64,000 nucleotides of DNA from an uncultured Planctomycetota bacterium (GCA_963849325.1 CAWKHF010000005.1:256001-320000); one strand, 5' to 3'; counted from the first letter of the stretch, positions 41,736 through 54,426 are shown. Made by a program: numbers and translations. The notes: generated by a model from the sequence alone, not told the origin.

Positions 41736-42113
41736 CTATTCCGGAACGCTGCGAACCCGATCGCCGACTTTCACTTTGACATCGTTCTTCAGGGCAACAG
41801 AGGACTGATCCACCGGCAGTCTCTCGTACACGATTTGCGTGGGTTCCTGCATGAGAGAAAAGGGAAATGCGGACCAGGAGATTTCCCGCGTCAAAGTCGT
41901 CGCCACACTGATTCTCGCCTGCACGTGAGAAGCCTTGACTCGCCCCTTCACCAACTCGAGTTGGCCAAGAGGTTCATTGGTTTCCGGATCGAAAATCATG
42001 TCGCTCAAGTCATAGATGATAAACTCCATGCCCTCTCGGACACCATGCTCGGAGCCAGCGGCCAAGACCACCTGAGTCGGGCTGAGGATTTGGGCAACCT
42101 TAGTCTGAATCAT
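41736..42113 (-). CDS. Hypothetical beta-rich protein (FlgT C-terminal-like)
   Basis: VVLAAGSEHGVREGMEF..IFDPETNEPLG...VKVGDRV; ATGA overlap with the upstream gene. Confidence 0.7.
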   Translation of the reverse strand: MIQTKVAQILSPTQVVLAAGSEHGVREGMEFIIYDLSDMIFDPETNEPLGQLELVKGRVKASHVQARISVATTLTREISWSAFPFSLMQEPTQIVYERLPVDQSSVALKNDVKVKVGDRVRSVPE

Positions 42114-42928
42114 CGAATCCTCCCCCGGAACTGTCCTATTTCATTCGCTAGCCCCTCGATGGTCTCTGCCAGATTGTGCATGTCCAGCCGGCCATAACGG
42201 GCGACATCGCAGGCCACGCGGACGCGATACCCCTTCATTCCCTCGACATCGCCACCCTGGGCTAACCTGTCGATGTGCCCCAACTCGTCGCTCAAATAAT
42301 CGACGATACGAAACATAAGGACGTCTTTCCCCGGCTCCGGTAGTTGATGCACGAGCAAACGAGCGCTGGTGGTTTCCAATCCGTTCGCGGCTCGGCGGAT
42401 CAGAAGGAACGAGTCACCGATGCGTACGTGCGCTGCGGCTTCGGCCTCGACCTTGGCGAGGGCGTACAGCCCGCCCCCTTGCTTGGTAAATGTTCTCAGG
42501 CTGATTGGCTTCGGGGAAGCCCGAGTGAAGCTTGTCATCCTCTCCACGAAATCGGCCTGACGGACCAGCATCCCGGCGAGTTCCTTGAACGAGTGGGCTC
42601 CGATAATCCTCTGGAGTTCGGCCAGGATATTCGCAGGCACTTCGTTTAGCTTCCGCTCCGCCTCCTGCGCCCTTTGGACGGCTTCTTGCCGTTCCGCACG
42701 CAAACGATCCTGTTCCCTTCGATGTTCAGCTTGGGCCTGATCGAGTTCACGATGCCGGCGATACGCAAAGGTTCCAAGGGCCACATAGGACGCGGCGACG
42801 AACAAAAGCGAAATCCACCAGTACTCCCGAACGATAATCAGGCTAACAATCGTTCCCCCGATGGTGAAGACGAGCGAAAACGAGTGGAATAAATGCCCTC
42901 TCAAGCCCTCCCCGAATCCCTCCGTCAT
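42110..42928 (-). CDS. Hypothetical protein: two N-terminal TM helices, coiled coil, soluble domain
   Basis: Intact 272-aa ORF, visibly lower GC than its flanks. Confidence 0.7.
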   Translation of the reverse strand: MTEGFGEGLRGHLFHSFSLVFTIGGTIVSLIIVREYWWISLLFVAASYVALGTFAYRRHRELDQAQAEHRREQDRLRAERQEAVQRAQEAERKLNEVPANILAELQRIIGAHSFKELAGMLVRQADFVERMTSFTRASPKPISLRTFTKQGGGLYALAKVEAEAAAHVRIGDSFLLIRRAANGLETTSARLLVHQLPEPGKDVLMFRIVDYLSDELGHIDRLAQGGDVEGMKGYRVRVACDVARYGRLDMHNLAETIEGLANEIGQFRGRIR

Positions 42929-43021
42929 GATAAGGGTTCCTCAAGGCCATGTACAACGGTGTTTATGTCCCCTGGGATTCATGAAGGGGAGAGGGAAATC
43001 TCAGTGGTCCAAGAGGCCCCC

Positions 43022-43663
43022 TCACGGCTGCGCCGACGGGGTGGGCTTGGGAAAGACCACCTGCACGCGATCGCCGCCGTGGACGCGCACCTCCTGCGTT
43101 TGCTCGACAACCTGACCGTTGCCGACGGCCCAGCGCGCCCGCAGGACGTAGACGTATTCGCCGCCCTTCTCCAAGGGCGGCGAGCGGAACAGGCGATCGG
43201 TGCCCAGCTGCTCCGTCGGCACGCCGTCCACCCACAGTTCGCCGTAGCACGGCATCTTGATGTCGATCACCGCCGCCAGGCCGTTGATCTGGTTCAATGG
43301 CGGCAGGAGCACGTCGCGGGCATACGCCTTGGTGTAGCCCGGCGCGCACGGCGGCGTGAGGTAACCCGGGTTCGTGCCGTAGATGCCGTCGCCGTAATAA
43401 CCGAAACGGTCATAGCGAAGGCCGTAGCCGTAGGGAGTGTAAATGGTGTAGGGGAAGAAAGCGTAGTACGGATATTCCGAGGTGGAGGGGACGCCGAAGT
43501 AGCCGTAGGACTCGTTGTAGCTCCAGCCCTGCCCGCCGCGATAGGGGCCGACCGAGAAGTCGTAGGGGCCGCGAAAGACGCCCGCCGAGGCGCCGCCCAC
43601 CGGGGCCAGCAGCAGACCCAGCGCTGCGACCGTCAGAAGCGGCAAACTCCGTATGTTCCTCAT
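43022..43663 (-). CDS. TIGR03000-domain secreted protein
   Basis: Signal peptide, Tyr/Gly-rich region and ELWVDG..T.QLG..R.FRSPPLE.G..YVY.LRARW. Confidence 0.85.
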   Translation of the reverse strand: MRNIRSLPLLTVAALGLLLAPVGGASAGVFRGPYDFSVGPYRGGQGWSYNESYGYFGVPSTSEYPYYAFFPYTIYTPYGYGLRYDRFGYYGDGIYGTNPGYLTPPCAPGYTKAYARDVLLPPLNQINGLAAVIDIKMPCYGELWVDGVPTEQLGTDRLFRSPPLEKGGEYVYVLRARWAVGNGQVVEQTQEVRVHGGDRVQVVFPKPTPSAQP

Positions 43664-43918
43664 TGTGCGTCCCCCCGGGTGACGAGCCGTTCTGCTGGCA
43701 AACATCGTCCGTTTGCAGCGGGGAGTCCGCGACAGAGACGGCGATCCGTCCGGCGGCCGGGAGGTGGGCCTCGCTTTCCTCGCTACCGCCGGCGCAAACG
43801 TTTCGTCCGTTACGTTCGGCCCTGGACAGTCGCGCTTGACGCCGAGGCGAAGTCCGACTAGGATCGCGGCCCCGCGGAGGAGGTTGGACCGCGTCCGCTG
43901 TTGGGAAGGAGAAGGAAC

Positions 43919-44863
43919 ATGGCACGGTGGACGAAGCACTGGGACAGCGTCGCGCGGCTTCTGGCCGTCGCCGCCCTCGTCGGATCGCTGGGATTGATCG
44001 GTTGCGGCAAGCAGACGACTCCGCCGGAGCAGGCGGAGCGCGTACCGGACGCCCCGGCCGTCGCCGCCAACAGCGGCTCCAACGCCGCGCCGGCGGGCGC
44101 TTCCGACGCCGCTCTGCCGCCGGCCCCGCGCGACGGACGGCACGAAGCGTTTGACAAGGCCACGCGCGGCGGCGACGATCCGCCGGCCAACAGCAACCCG
44201 CCCCCCGATCGCACCGCCAGCGGCAAATCCGTCTACAAAATCTACAAGGAAGTCGTCCGTCTCTGGGACACCATCCGCTTCGTTACCCCCGAGGGCAAGC
44301 CCATCGCGTACTTGGCCACCATCGAGACCGACGCTGGCGACATCGACATCGTCCTGCGTCCCGATCTGGCCCCCAACCACGTGCGCAACTTCGTGGCTCT
44401 GGCCCGCGCCGGCTACTACGACGAACTGTTCTTCGATCGCGTCGTCCACGAGGAGGAGGAAGTCGAACCGGGCAAGGTGCAGGTGCTCGACAGCATCGAA
44501 GCGGGCTGTCCGCTGGGCACCGGCGAACCGGGCAACGGCAGCATCGGCTACTGGCTCCGGCCGGAGTTCGCCAAGGAGGACAGCAAGACGACGCACGAAC
44601 CGGGCACGGTCGGCGCCTGCCACGGCATCGAGGCGGACACGGCCGCCTGTCGCTTCTATATTACCCTGTGTGACGCACCGTTCCTGGACGGCAACTTTAC
44701 CGTTTTCGGAAAAGTTACGCAGGGACTGGACGTGGCGCGTAGAATATCCAAGCAGCCACTCATCCTGGACGATCAGGATGCGGAAGGCAGTCATCGGCCG
44801 GAGAAGCCGGTTCGGATCAAGAAGGTGACGATTCACACGTCCGTGGCGGAGGCCGGTCGCTAG
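43919..44863 (+). CDS. Cyclophilin-type peptidyl-prolyl isomerase lipoprotein
   Basis: LIGC lipobox, APNHVRNFVALA..GYYD and LDGNFTVFGKVTQGLDV. Confidence 0.88.
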   Translation: MARWTKHWDSVARLLAVAALVGSLGLIGCGKQTTPPEQAERVPDAPAVAANSGSNAAPAGASDAALPPAPRDGRHEAFDKATRGGDDPPANSNPPPDRTASGKSVYKIYKEVVRLWDTIRFVTPEGKPIAYLATIETDAGDIDIVLRPDLAPNHVRNFVALARAGYYDELFFDRVVHEEEEVEPGKVQVLDSIEAGCPLGTGEPGNGSIGYWLRPEFAKEDSKTTHEPGTVGACHGIEADTAACRFYITLCDAPFLDGNFTVFGKVTQGLDVARRISKQPLILDDQDAEGSHRPEKPVRIKKVTIHTSVAEAGR

Positions 44864-44897
44864 AATAACAGCACGGGACAGAACGGACCCGTTTCCG

Positions 44898-45034
44898 GAG
44901 GCCCGCGGTGAGGCGCCGGGAGGGGACCCACCCAGAGGAAAGTTGCGAACCGGGTCAGGCCTTGACGGGTGCAGCCCTAAGCAGCGGACCGAGTGGCGTG
45001 GATCAGCCTCTCCCGGCGCCACACGGCGGGCCTT
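44898..45034 (+). ncRNA. ffs: Signal recognition particle (4.5S) RNA
   Basis: Core GAACCGGGTCAGGCCT-TGAC-GGGTGCAGCCCTAAGC inside long closing stems (GGCGCCGGGAG/CTCCCGGCGCC); immediately upstream of dnaX; -10-like TAGAAT at 44861; exact ends uncertain. Confidence 0.85.
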
Positions 45035-45092
45035 CTCCTTGCCGCTTGCGGCTTAGCGCTTTGCCGCCCGCGGACTCAGCGAGCCAGGGATC

Positions 45093-46873
<1,781 letters not shown>

Positions 46874-46877
<4 letters not shown>

Positions 46878-47222
46878 ATCTGTTCGGCAACCTGGGTGAG
46901 TTCGCCAGCATCATGAAAAACCTGCCCGCGCCTCCGCGAGGAGGTGGATCGCATGCAGGAACGCCTGGAACACCTCGTCGCCGAGGGGGACGCCGGCGCC
47001 GGCATGGTCAAGGTGCGCGTCAACGGCCGGATGATCGTGCTGTCCTGCAGCCTCAGCCCGGAGGCGCTGACCCTCAACGACCGCGAGATGCTCGAGGACC
47101 TGATCAAGGCGGCGACCAATCAAGCGCTGGACAAGGCCCGGCAACTCCTCGGTGGGGAGACGAGCAAGCTGATGGGTGGCATGGGTCTGCCGCCCGGCAT
47201 GAATTTACCGGGTCTGGGCTAG
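46874..47222 (+). CDS. ybaB: YbaB/EbfC nucleoid-associated protein, frameshift near 46925
   Basis: [14 protein letters not shown] and [14 protein letters not shown]; lies between dnaX and recR. Confidence 0.88.
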
Positions 47223-47233
47223 AGGGGGCCGTC

Positions 47234-47836
47234 GTGGAAAGCGAGCCGGTCGGACCGATCGCCCGCCTGATGCACGAGCTGGGCAAACTGCCCGGCATCG
47301 GGCCGAAGACGGCCGAACGGCTGACGCACCACCTGCTGACCGCCCCGCGCAGCCAGGTCCTGGCCCTGGCCGACGCCCTGCGGGCCATCAAGGACAGCAT
47401 CCGCCCCTGCCGGCAGTGCTGCCAGCTGACCGAGGGCGAGTTGTGCGAGATCTGCTCCGATCCGCGACGCGATGCCACGCTTGTCTGCGTCGTCGAACAG
47501 CCGCGCGACCTGGCCGCCCTGGAGAGGTCCGGCACCTATCGCGGACTGTATCACGTGCTGCACGGCCGGCTGGCCCCACTGGACAACATCGGGCCGGAGC
47601 AGCTGACCATCGATCGCCTGCTGCAACGCCTCCGCGACGGCGGCGTTGCCGAGGTCATCATGGCCACCAATCCCACGCTGGAAGGCGATGGGACCGCCCT
47701 GTATCTGTCGAGTTTGTTGGCCCCCTTGGGGGTGCGCGTGACACGCTTGGCACGCGGTTTGCCTTCTGGTTCGGTGCTTGAGTTCGCCAATAGCCAGATG
47801 CTCGCCGACGCCCTGGAAGGCCGGCGATCGTTCTGA
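47234..47836 (+). CDS. recR: Recombination mediator RecR
   Basis: [13 protein letters not shown]4 zinc finger, [16 protein letters not shown] and RLARGLP. Confidence 0.95.
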   Translation: MESEPVGPIARLMHELGKLPGIGPKTAERLTHHLLTAPRSQVLALADALRAIKDSIRPCRQCCQLTEGELCEICSDPRRDATLVCVVEQPRDLAALERSGTYRGLYHVLHGRLAPLDNIGPEQLTIDRLLQRLRDGGVAEVIMATNPTLEGDGTALYLSSLLAPLGVRVTRLARGLPSGSVLEFANSQMLADALEGRRSF

Positions 47837-47890
47837 AGCAGGACGCGGGACGGACCGCGCAACGAGAAGAGAGACACGGGGTATCGGATT

Positions 47891-49481
47891 ATGCGACTCG
47901 ATACGACGATGAATACGCGGATGGTCCAGACCATGCACCTGGCCCCGCGAATGATCCAGTCCATGGAAATCCTGCAACTGCCGATCATGGCCCTGCAAGA
48001 GCGCATCCAGCAGGAGCTGCAAGAGAACCCCGTGCTGGAGCTGAAAGAAAGCAGCGACGAGCCGTCCGCCGACGGCGAGGCCGTCGGCCTGGACGCCGTC
48101 CCCACCGACGACAACCGCGATCCCGGCGCCGCCGAGCTGGTCATCGAGGATTCGGGCAGCAACGAGTTGGACTTCGATCGCCTGGAAGCGCTGAGCCGCG
48201 ACTGGGGCGACGTGCTCAACGAGGAACATCGGCCCTCGCGCGACGGCATGGACGAAGAGGGCGACAAGAAGCACGACGCCATGCAGAACATGGCGTCGCG
48301 GCCGCAGTCGCTGCAAGACTACCTCGCCGATCAACTGTCCTTCCTGGAGCTGAAGCCGGAGCAGGCCCAGCTGGTTCGCTACGTCATCACCCACATCGAC
48401 GACAACGGTTTCCTGACCGTTCCCGACGAGGGCGATCCCGAATATCAGAAATTGCTGCACGACTCGGACTACAAACCGTCGCGGCCGTTGCGCCGCCGCT
48501 GTCCGGCGCTGGAGGAGCTGGCGGCCGGCTATACGACGGGAGCGACGGCGTCCCAGGTCGAGGAGGCGCTGCACGTCGTCCAGAAGCTCGACCCGCCCGG
48601 CGTCGGCGCCCGCGATCTGCGCGAGTGTCTGCTGTTGCAGCTGACGCCGGAGACGCCGCACCGCAAGGTGTTGCACGAACTGATCTCGCATCATCTGGAA
48701 AACGTCGCCCACAACCGCTTGCCGGCCATCCAGAAGGACACCGGCTTCGACTTGACGGCCATCAAGGAAGCCATCGAGGTGCTGCGCCACCTCAACACCC
48801 GTCCCGGCGCTCAATTCACCGCCGACAACATCCCCTACGTCGTGCCCGACATCCTCGTCGAGCGCGGCGAGGACGGCGAGTACAGCGTGCGTCTGTTGGA
48901 CGATTGGCTGCCGAGCATTTACATCAGTCGTCGTTACATCGACCTGTACCGCGAGAAGGGCGCCGATCCCAAGACCAAGGAATACCTCAAGCGCAAGATC
49001 CAGTCGGCGCAGTGGCTGCAGGAATCGATCGAGCAGCGCCGCAACACGCTGGAGAAGGTGACGCGGGCCATCATCCAGCACCAACGCGCGTTTCTGGACA
49101 AGGGACCGGAGCACATCGAACCGCTCAAGATGCAGCAGATCGCCGACCAGGTCGGCGTCCACGTGACGACCGTGAGCCGGGCCGTCGATGACAAATGGGT
49201 GCAGACGCCGCGCGGCATCTTCCCCTTGAAGCGCTTCTTCGGCGGCGGCACGCACAACACGACCACCGGCGAGGAGGTCGCCTGGGAGACGATCAAGCAG
49301 AAGCTGCTGGAGATCATCGACCGCGAGGACAAGTCCAACCCGCTGTCCGACGAGGACCTGGTGGCCAAGCTCAATGAGGCCGGCTATCCCGTCAAGCGGC
49401 GGACGGTGACGAAGTATCGCAAGATGGCCAACATTCCCTCGTCGCGCGCAGCGCAAGGACTGGACCGCGGCGCCGCAGTAA
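47891..49481 (+). CDS. rpoN: RNA polymerase sigma-54 factor (true end likely PSSRQRKDWTAAPQ*; extra base near 49447)
   Basis: MIQSMEILQL, LDPPGVGARDLRECL, HVTTVSRA and RpoN box RRTVTKYR. Confidence 0.95.
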
Positions 49482-49482
49482 G

Positions 49483-49557
49483 TCCGAGCCTGAAGCGTAA
49501 GCGAAGAGGACGACAACCGAAGGTTGTCGTCCTCTTCGCTTACGCTTCAGGCTCGGA
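49483..49557. repeat. REP-like palindrome, family D
   Basis: Long perfect hairpin between convergent rpoN and aroB. Confidence 0.9.
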
Positions 49558-49560
49558 TAA

Positions 49561-50646
49561 TCAACGGCCCGCCTCTTCTAGCACCTGCCGTACCTCCTCC
49601 TCGGGCACGTCGTCGAACAGCGCCACCTCGCCGAGCCGTCGCGGCAGCACGAAACGTAGCCGGCCGGCCACGGCCTTCTTATCGCGGCGCATCGTCGCCA
49701 GCAGTTCATCTACCGGCCAGCGCTGCGGCGCCGTCGGCAGACCGAACGCCTCCAGCAGCGTTCGCTGGCGCTCCGTGACATCGGCCCCGATCAGGCCGCG
49801 ACGCTCGGCGAGCCGGCTGGCGCAGACCATGCCGGCCGACACCGCCTCGCCGTGCAGCCAGGTCCCGTAGCCGCCGACCGTCTCGAAAGCGTGGGCGAAG
49901 GTGTGGCCGTAGTTGAGCACGGCCCGCAAGCCCGTCTCCTCGCGCTCGTCGCGTTCGACCACGTCCGCCTTCAGCCGGCAACTGCGGGCGACGAGGTGAC
50001 GAACACACTCCGCGTCGCGCTGCCGGATTGCCGCCGCGTGCCGTTCCAGGTACGTGAACAACTCGGCGTCGAGGATAACGCCGTACTTGACCACCTCGGC
50101 CAACCCACTGCGATATTCACGATCCGGCAAGGTGTCGAGGAACGCCGTATCGATCCAGACGCCGACCGGCTGATGGAAGGCGCCGATGAGGTTCTTGCCG
50201 CGCGGGTGGTTGATACCGACCTTGCCGCCGACGGAGCTGTCCACCATCGCCAGCAGCGTCGTCGGCACCATGAGCAAGGGCAGACCGCGGTTCCAGGTGG
50301 CGGCGGCGAAGCCGGCGAGGTCGCCGATGACGCCGCCGCCGACCGGCACCACCAACGTCTGACGATCCGCCCGCGCCTCGGCGAGCTGGTCGTACAGGTA
50401 GGACGCCGTTGTCAGCGCTTTCTGGGTCTCGCCGGCCGGCAGCGATACGACGAGCGGTTCGAAGCCGGCCTCGCGGAGCGATGCCGCCACACCCTCCGCA
50501 TGCGCGATCACGTGCTCATCCGTGACGATGAAGGCACGCGAACTCTTCACGCGCTGCCGGGCGAAGAGACCGACGCCAGCGACATCGCCGCTGGTGACGA
50601 CGATGTCGTAGCTGCGCTCGCCGAGTTGCACGCCGATACTGGACAT
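49561..50646 (-). CDS. aroB: 3-dehydroquinate synthase
   Basis: GGGVIGDLAGF, PTTLLAMVDSSVGGK, LNYGHTFAH and HGEAV. Confidence 0.96.
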   Translation of the reverse strand: MSSIGVQLGERSYDIVVTSGDVAGVGLFARQRVKSSRAFIVTDEHVIAHAEGVAASLREAGFEPLVVSLPAGETQKALTTASYLYDQLAEARADRQTLVVPVGGGVIGDLAGFAAATWNRGLPLLMVPTTLLAMVDSSVGGKVGINHPRGKNLIGAFHQPVGVWIDTAFLDTLPDREYRSGLAEVVKYGVILDAELFTYLERHAAAIRQRDAECVRHLVARSCRLKADVVERDEREETGLRAVLNYGHTFAHAFETVGGYGTWLHGEAVSAGMVCASRLAERRGLIGADVTERQRTLLEAFGLPTAPQRWPVDELLATMRRDKKAVAGRLRFVLPRRLGEVALFDDVPEEEVRQVLEEAGR

Positions 50647-50759
50647 GAACGCGCCTTTCCTGTTTTGCGCGGGTGTTCCATCAAAAAAGTGTATCAAATC
50701 GGCTTGGGCCGGTAATAGTAGGGTAGCAGACAGAGAATGGCCAAGAGCGAGGGGACACC

Positions 50760-52694
50760 ATGCCAGCCAGCCAGATAAGCGAGGTTGTGCAGCAGCTTCG
50801 TCGGGCGGCGCTTCTGCAGGATGGGGCAGGGCTGAGCGATGGACAGCTGCTGGAGTGCTACCTCAGCTGCCGTGAGGAGGCGGCTGTTGCTGCCCTGGTG
50901 CGGAGGCATGGTCCGATGGTGTGGGGCGTGTGCCGTCGCGTCCTGGGCAATCACCATGACGCCGAGGACGCTTTTCAGGCCACCTTCCTCGTCCTCATCC
51001 GCAAGGCGGCGTCCATTGTACCGCGGGAGATGGTCGCCAACTGGCTCTATGGGGTGGCCCGTCAGACGGCGTTGAAAGCGCGGGCGATGGCCGCGCGAAG
51101 GAAGAAGCGCGAGAGACAGGTGACGGAAATGCCCCAACCAGCCGCCGGGGAGCCAGATCATGGGCACGACCTGCAACCGTTGCTTGATCGAGAGTTGAGT
51201 CGCCTTCCCGACAAGTATCGTTCCGTCGTCGTCCTGTGCGATCTGGAGAGCAAGACCCGCAAGGAAGCGGCTCGCCAACTGGGTGTGCCGGAAGGAACGG
51301 TGGCGGGACGGCTGGCGAGGGCGAGGGCGAGGCTGGCGAAGCGATTCGCTCGCTATGGTCTGGCCGTGTCCGGCGGGACGTTGACGGCAGCGTTGTCGCC
51401 GAGTGCGGCTTCGGCGTCTGTGCCGGCCTCGGTGGTGTCTTCCACGATCCAAGCCGCAAACTTCTATGCGGCAGGGCAAGCGGTTGCTCCGGGACTGATC
51501 TCGGTCCCGGTCGCCGCCCTGACAGAAGAGGTGCTGAAAACCATGCTGCTGACCAAACTCAAGATCGCAACGGCTGTGCTGCTCATGGTTGCGGCCGTTG
51601 CTGCCGGCGGTCTTCTTTACCAAACGCGAGCCGGCGAACAGACGCCGAAAGCGGAAGCCACGGATGCGGCGCGGGCGAAGACGGAAGAACATTGGCAGGT
51701 CCGCACTACCTTGCGGGGACACGCTGGCGGTGTCCGGGCAATAGCCTTCTCTCCGGATGGGCGTCTCTTGGCCGTGGGTGGCAAGGACAAAATCGTCGAG
51801 CTATGGGACGTCTCCAAGGATCGGCCCCAGGCTACTCTTCAAGGACATGCGGAGGCCGTCGTGGACGTGGCGTTTTCACCCAACGGCAAGACCCTGGCAT
51901 CCGCGAGTTGGGATCGAACGGTCAAACTCTGGGATGTGAAGACCGGAAAAGAAACGGCCACACTGGGGGGACATCCGAGTTGGGTCTGGTCTGTGGCCTT
52001 TTCGCTGGATGGCAAGACGGTGGCGTCAGCCAGCGGGTCCACCGATGAACGACGCCCCGGTGAAGTCCGGCTGTGGGACGCCGCCACGGGGCAAGAGATT
52101 GCTACCATAAGGGCGCATCATGGTTATGTTTGCCACGTGGCTTTCTCCCCCGACGGCAAGACTTTGGCCACCACCGGCTACGGGGACAAGACAATTAAGC
52201 TTTGGGACATCGATGCCAAACGGGACGTCAAAGAGCGGGCCACTCTGAAAGGACATACAGGGATCCCCATGTCCCTTGCCTTTTCCCCCGACGGCAAAAC
52301 CTTGGCGAGCGGGGGTACAAGCGATGAGACGCTGAGGCTTTGGAACACGGAGACGGGCCAGTTGAAGACGAGCCTCCATGCTCGAGGGATGAACGTGAAT
52401 GACGTGGCGTTTTCTCCCGATGGCAAGACCTTATTGGCCGGATGCTTGCTGCCCGAAAGGAAGAAAGACTTCACGGAGCTAAGCGGCGTCGTGACCATTT
52501 GGGACGCGACGACAGGAAAAGAGCGACAGACCCTCCGACCGGACGTCAGCGATGTCATTTTGGCATTATCTCCGGATGGTAAGCTTCTCGCTACCGGACA
52601 TACGGGATCAGGAAAGGGGAAAATCGTCAAAGGCAAAACCACCCTCGACATGGACACGAAAGGGTTGGTGATCTTGTGGGAACGGAAAAGATAG
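50760..52694 (+). CDS. ECF sigma factor fused to a TM segment and WD40 propeller
   Basis: DAEDAFQATFLVL (sigma2), KEAARQLGVPEGTVAGRLARAR (sigma4), a hydrophobic helix and repeated GH...AFSPDGKTLA...LWD. Confidence 0.92.
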   Translation: MPASQISEVVQQLRRAALLQDGAGLSDGQLLECYLSCREEAAVAALVRRHGPMVWGVCRRVLGNHHDAEDAFQATFLVLIRKAASIVPREMVANWLYGVARQTALKARAMAARRKKRERQVTEMPQPAAGEPDHGHDLQPLLDRELSRLPDKYRSVVVLCDLESKTRKEAARQLGVPEGTVAGRLARARARLAKRFARYGLAVSGGTLTAALSPSAASASVPASVVSSTIQAANFYAAGQAVAPGLISVPVAALTEEVLKTMLLTKLKIATAVLLMVAAVAAGGLLYQTRAGEQTPKAEATDAARAKTEEHWQVRTTLRGHAGGVRAIAFSPDGRLLAVGGKDKIVELWDVSKDRPQATLQGHAEAVVDVAFSPNGKTLASASWDRTVKLWDVKTGKETATLGGHPSWVWSVAFSLDGKTVASASGSTDERRPGEVRLWDAATGQEIATIRAHHGYVCHVAFSPDGKTLATTGYGDKTIKLWDIDAKRDVKERATLKGHTGIPMSLAFSPDGKTLASGGTSDETLRLWNTETGQLKTSLHARGMNVNDVAFSPDGKTLLAGCLLPERKKDFTELSGVVTIWDATTGKERQTLRPDVSDVILALSPDGKLLATGHTGSGKGKIVKGKTTLDMDTKGLVILWERKR

Positions 52695-52741
52695 TTACTC
52701 CGGACCCAAGCGAACTAAGCTACAACGCAGGTGTCGTTCTC

Positions 52742-52770
52742 TTGCAGCCGCGCGCCCCCTCCGCTACAGT
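52742..52770 (+). promoter_or_regulatory. Candidate sigma70 promoter of aroDE-aroK
   Basis: TTGCAG-17 nt-TACAGT. Confidence 0.4.
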
Positions 52771-52846
52771 GACAATCCAGTGAGCCGCGGACGGCTTAGC
52801 GCGGCTCGCTAAGCGTCAGACGGCTGGCAGCGAGAGGGCATCGGGT

Positions 52847-54426
52847 GTGACGCACCTAGACGTTGACCCCATCTGCGTCGTAATCGGCCGGACCCGTCAC
52901 AAGATGGTCCAGATCGAGATCCAGGAGGCGGCCAAGCAAGGCGCGCGCTTGATCGAGCTGCGCCTGGACTTTTTGGCCAAGGCCCCGGACTTCAAGCGCC
53001 TGCTGGAAAACAAGCCCTGCCCCCTGGTCGCCACGGTGCGGCGGCCGCAGGACGGTGGACGCTGGAGCGGCACCGAGGAGGCCCGGCTGACGCTGATCCG
53101 CCAGGCCATCGTCGCCGGCTTCGACTGGATCGACCTGGAGACCGACATCGCCGATAGCATCCGTCGCTTCCAGAAGGTCCGCCGCATCGTCAGCTATCAC
53201 AACCTGCGCGAGGTGCCGGCCGACCTGGAGAAGATCTTCAGCGCATGTGTTCGCAGGACGCCGACGTACTCAAGGTGGCCGTGCGCGCCCAGCACCCCAA
53301 GGACGACGTGCGCGTCCTGGAGTTGCTGCGCCACGCGCCGAAGCCGACGGTGGCCTTCTGCATGGGCGATCTCGGCACGTCCAGCCGCATTCTCGGCGCC
53401 AAGTTCGGCGCCCCCTTCACCTACGCCGCCTTCAACAAGGAGCGCGGCATCGCTCCCGGCCTGATGTCGCTGGCCGAGCTGAAACAGGTATACGATTACG
53501 AGCGCGTCAACGCCGACACCAAGGTGTTTGGCATCCTCGGCGACCCGGTCGGCCACAGTCTCAGTCCGCTGGTCCACAACCTGGCCTTCCGCCAGCTCGG
53601 CATCAACGCCGTGTATGTGCCGTTTCGCGTGCCGCGGCCGGAGATGGCCGACGCCCTCAAGGCGTTCATGCGTCTGCCGGTGCAGGGCTACAGCGTGACC
53701 ATTCCGCACAAGGAGGAGGCGGCGGAGTTGGCCAAGCATAAGGATGAGTCGGTGGTGCGCACCCGCGCCGCCAACACGCTGATCCGCAGCGGTGACGATT
53801 TCTCCGCCTACAACACCGATTACCAGGGCGTCATCGATACGCTGCGGGCGTACCTGCCGACGTCGTTCGTCAACCCGGAGTCCGAGCCATCGCGGGGCGT
53901 CACGGCGGCCTTGCCGGAGCCGGCTTCGCTGCAATCGAAGGTCGTGCTTGTGCTGGGCGCCGGCGGCATCGCTCGCGCCGTCGCCCACGCTCTCCGCGCC
54001 GAGGAGGCGCTGGTGAGCGTGACCAACCGCACCAGCGAACGGGCCGCGGCCCTGGCCGAGCAGATCGGCGGACGGCACATCGAATGGCAGGGTCGGCACA
54101 GCGTCCTGTGCGACGTGGTCATCAACTGCACCTCCGTCGGCATGCACCCCGACGTGGACGAGGCGCCGCTGCATCCGAGCTTTCTCAAGCCCGGACTCGT
54201 CGTCTTCGATACCATCTACACACCCGAGACGACCCTGCTCGTCAAGGAAGCGCGGTCGCGCGGCTGCCACGTCATCACCGGCGTCGAGCTGTTCGTCCGC
54301 CAGGCCGCTCACCAGTTCCAGCTCTTCACCCAGCGCGAAGCGCCTATCGAATTGATGCGCAAGGCCGTCAAACGCGCTCTGTCGCCGATCGCCATCCGCG
54401 ACGAAGACGACACGGTGACAAAGTGA
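52847..54426 (+). CDS. aroE: Fused type I 3-dehydroquinate dehydratase / shikimate dehydrogenase, frameshift near 53240
   Basis: IELRLD and IVSYHN (AroD); GHSLSP, SVTIPHK, NTD and GAGGIARA (AroE). Confidence 0.92.

Noticed and set aside
43022-45022. 666-aa minus-strand ORF
   Set aside because: Mostly the antisense shadow of the cyclophilin gene; only 43022-43663 is supported
47219-49516. 765-aa minus-strand ORF and similar long antisense ORFs (16531-18228, 23846-25558, 53197-54747)
   Set aside because: Shadow frames of real genes, expected in high-GC DNA
49482-49870. Extended RpoN C-terminus overlapping aroB
   Set aside because: Explained by one extra base near 49447; the corrected frame stops at 49481
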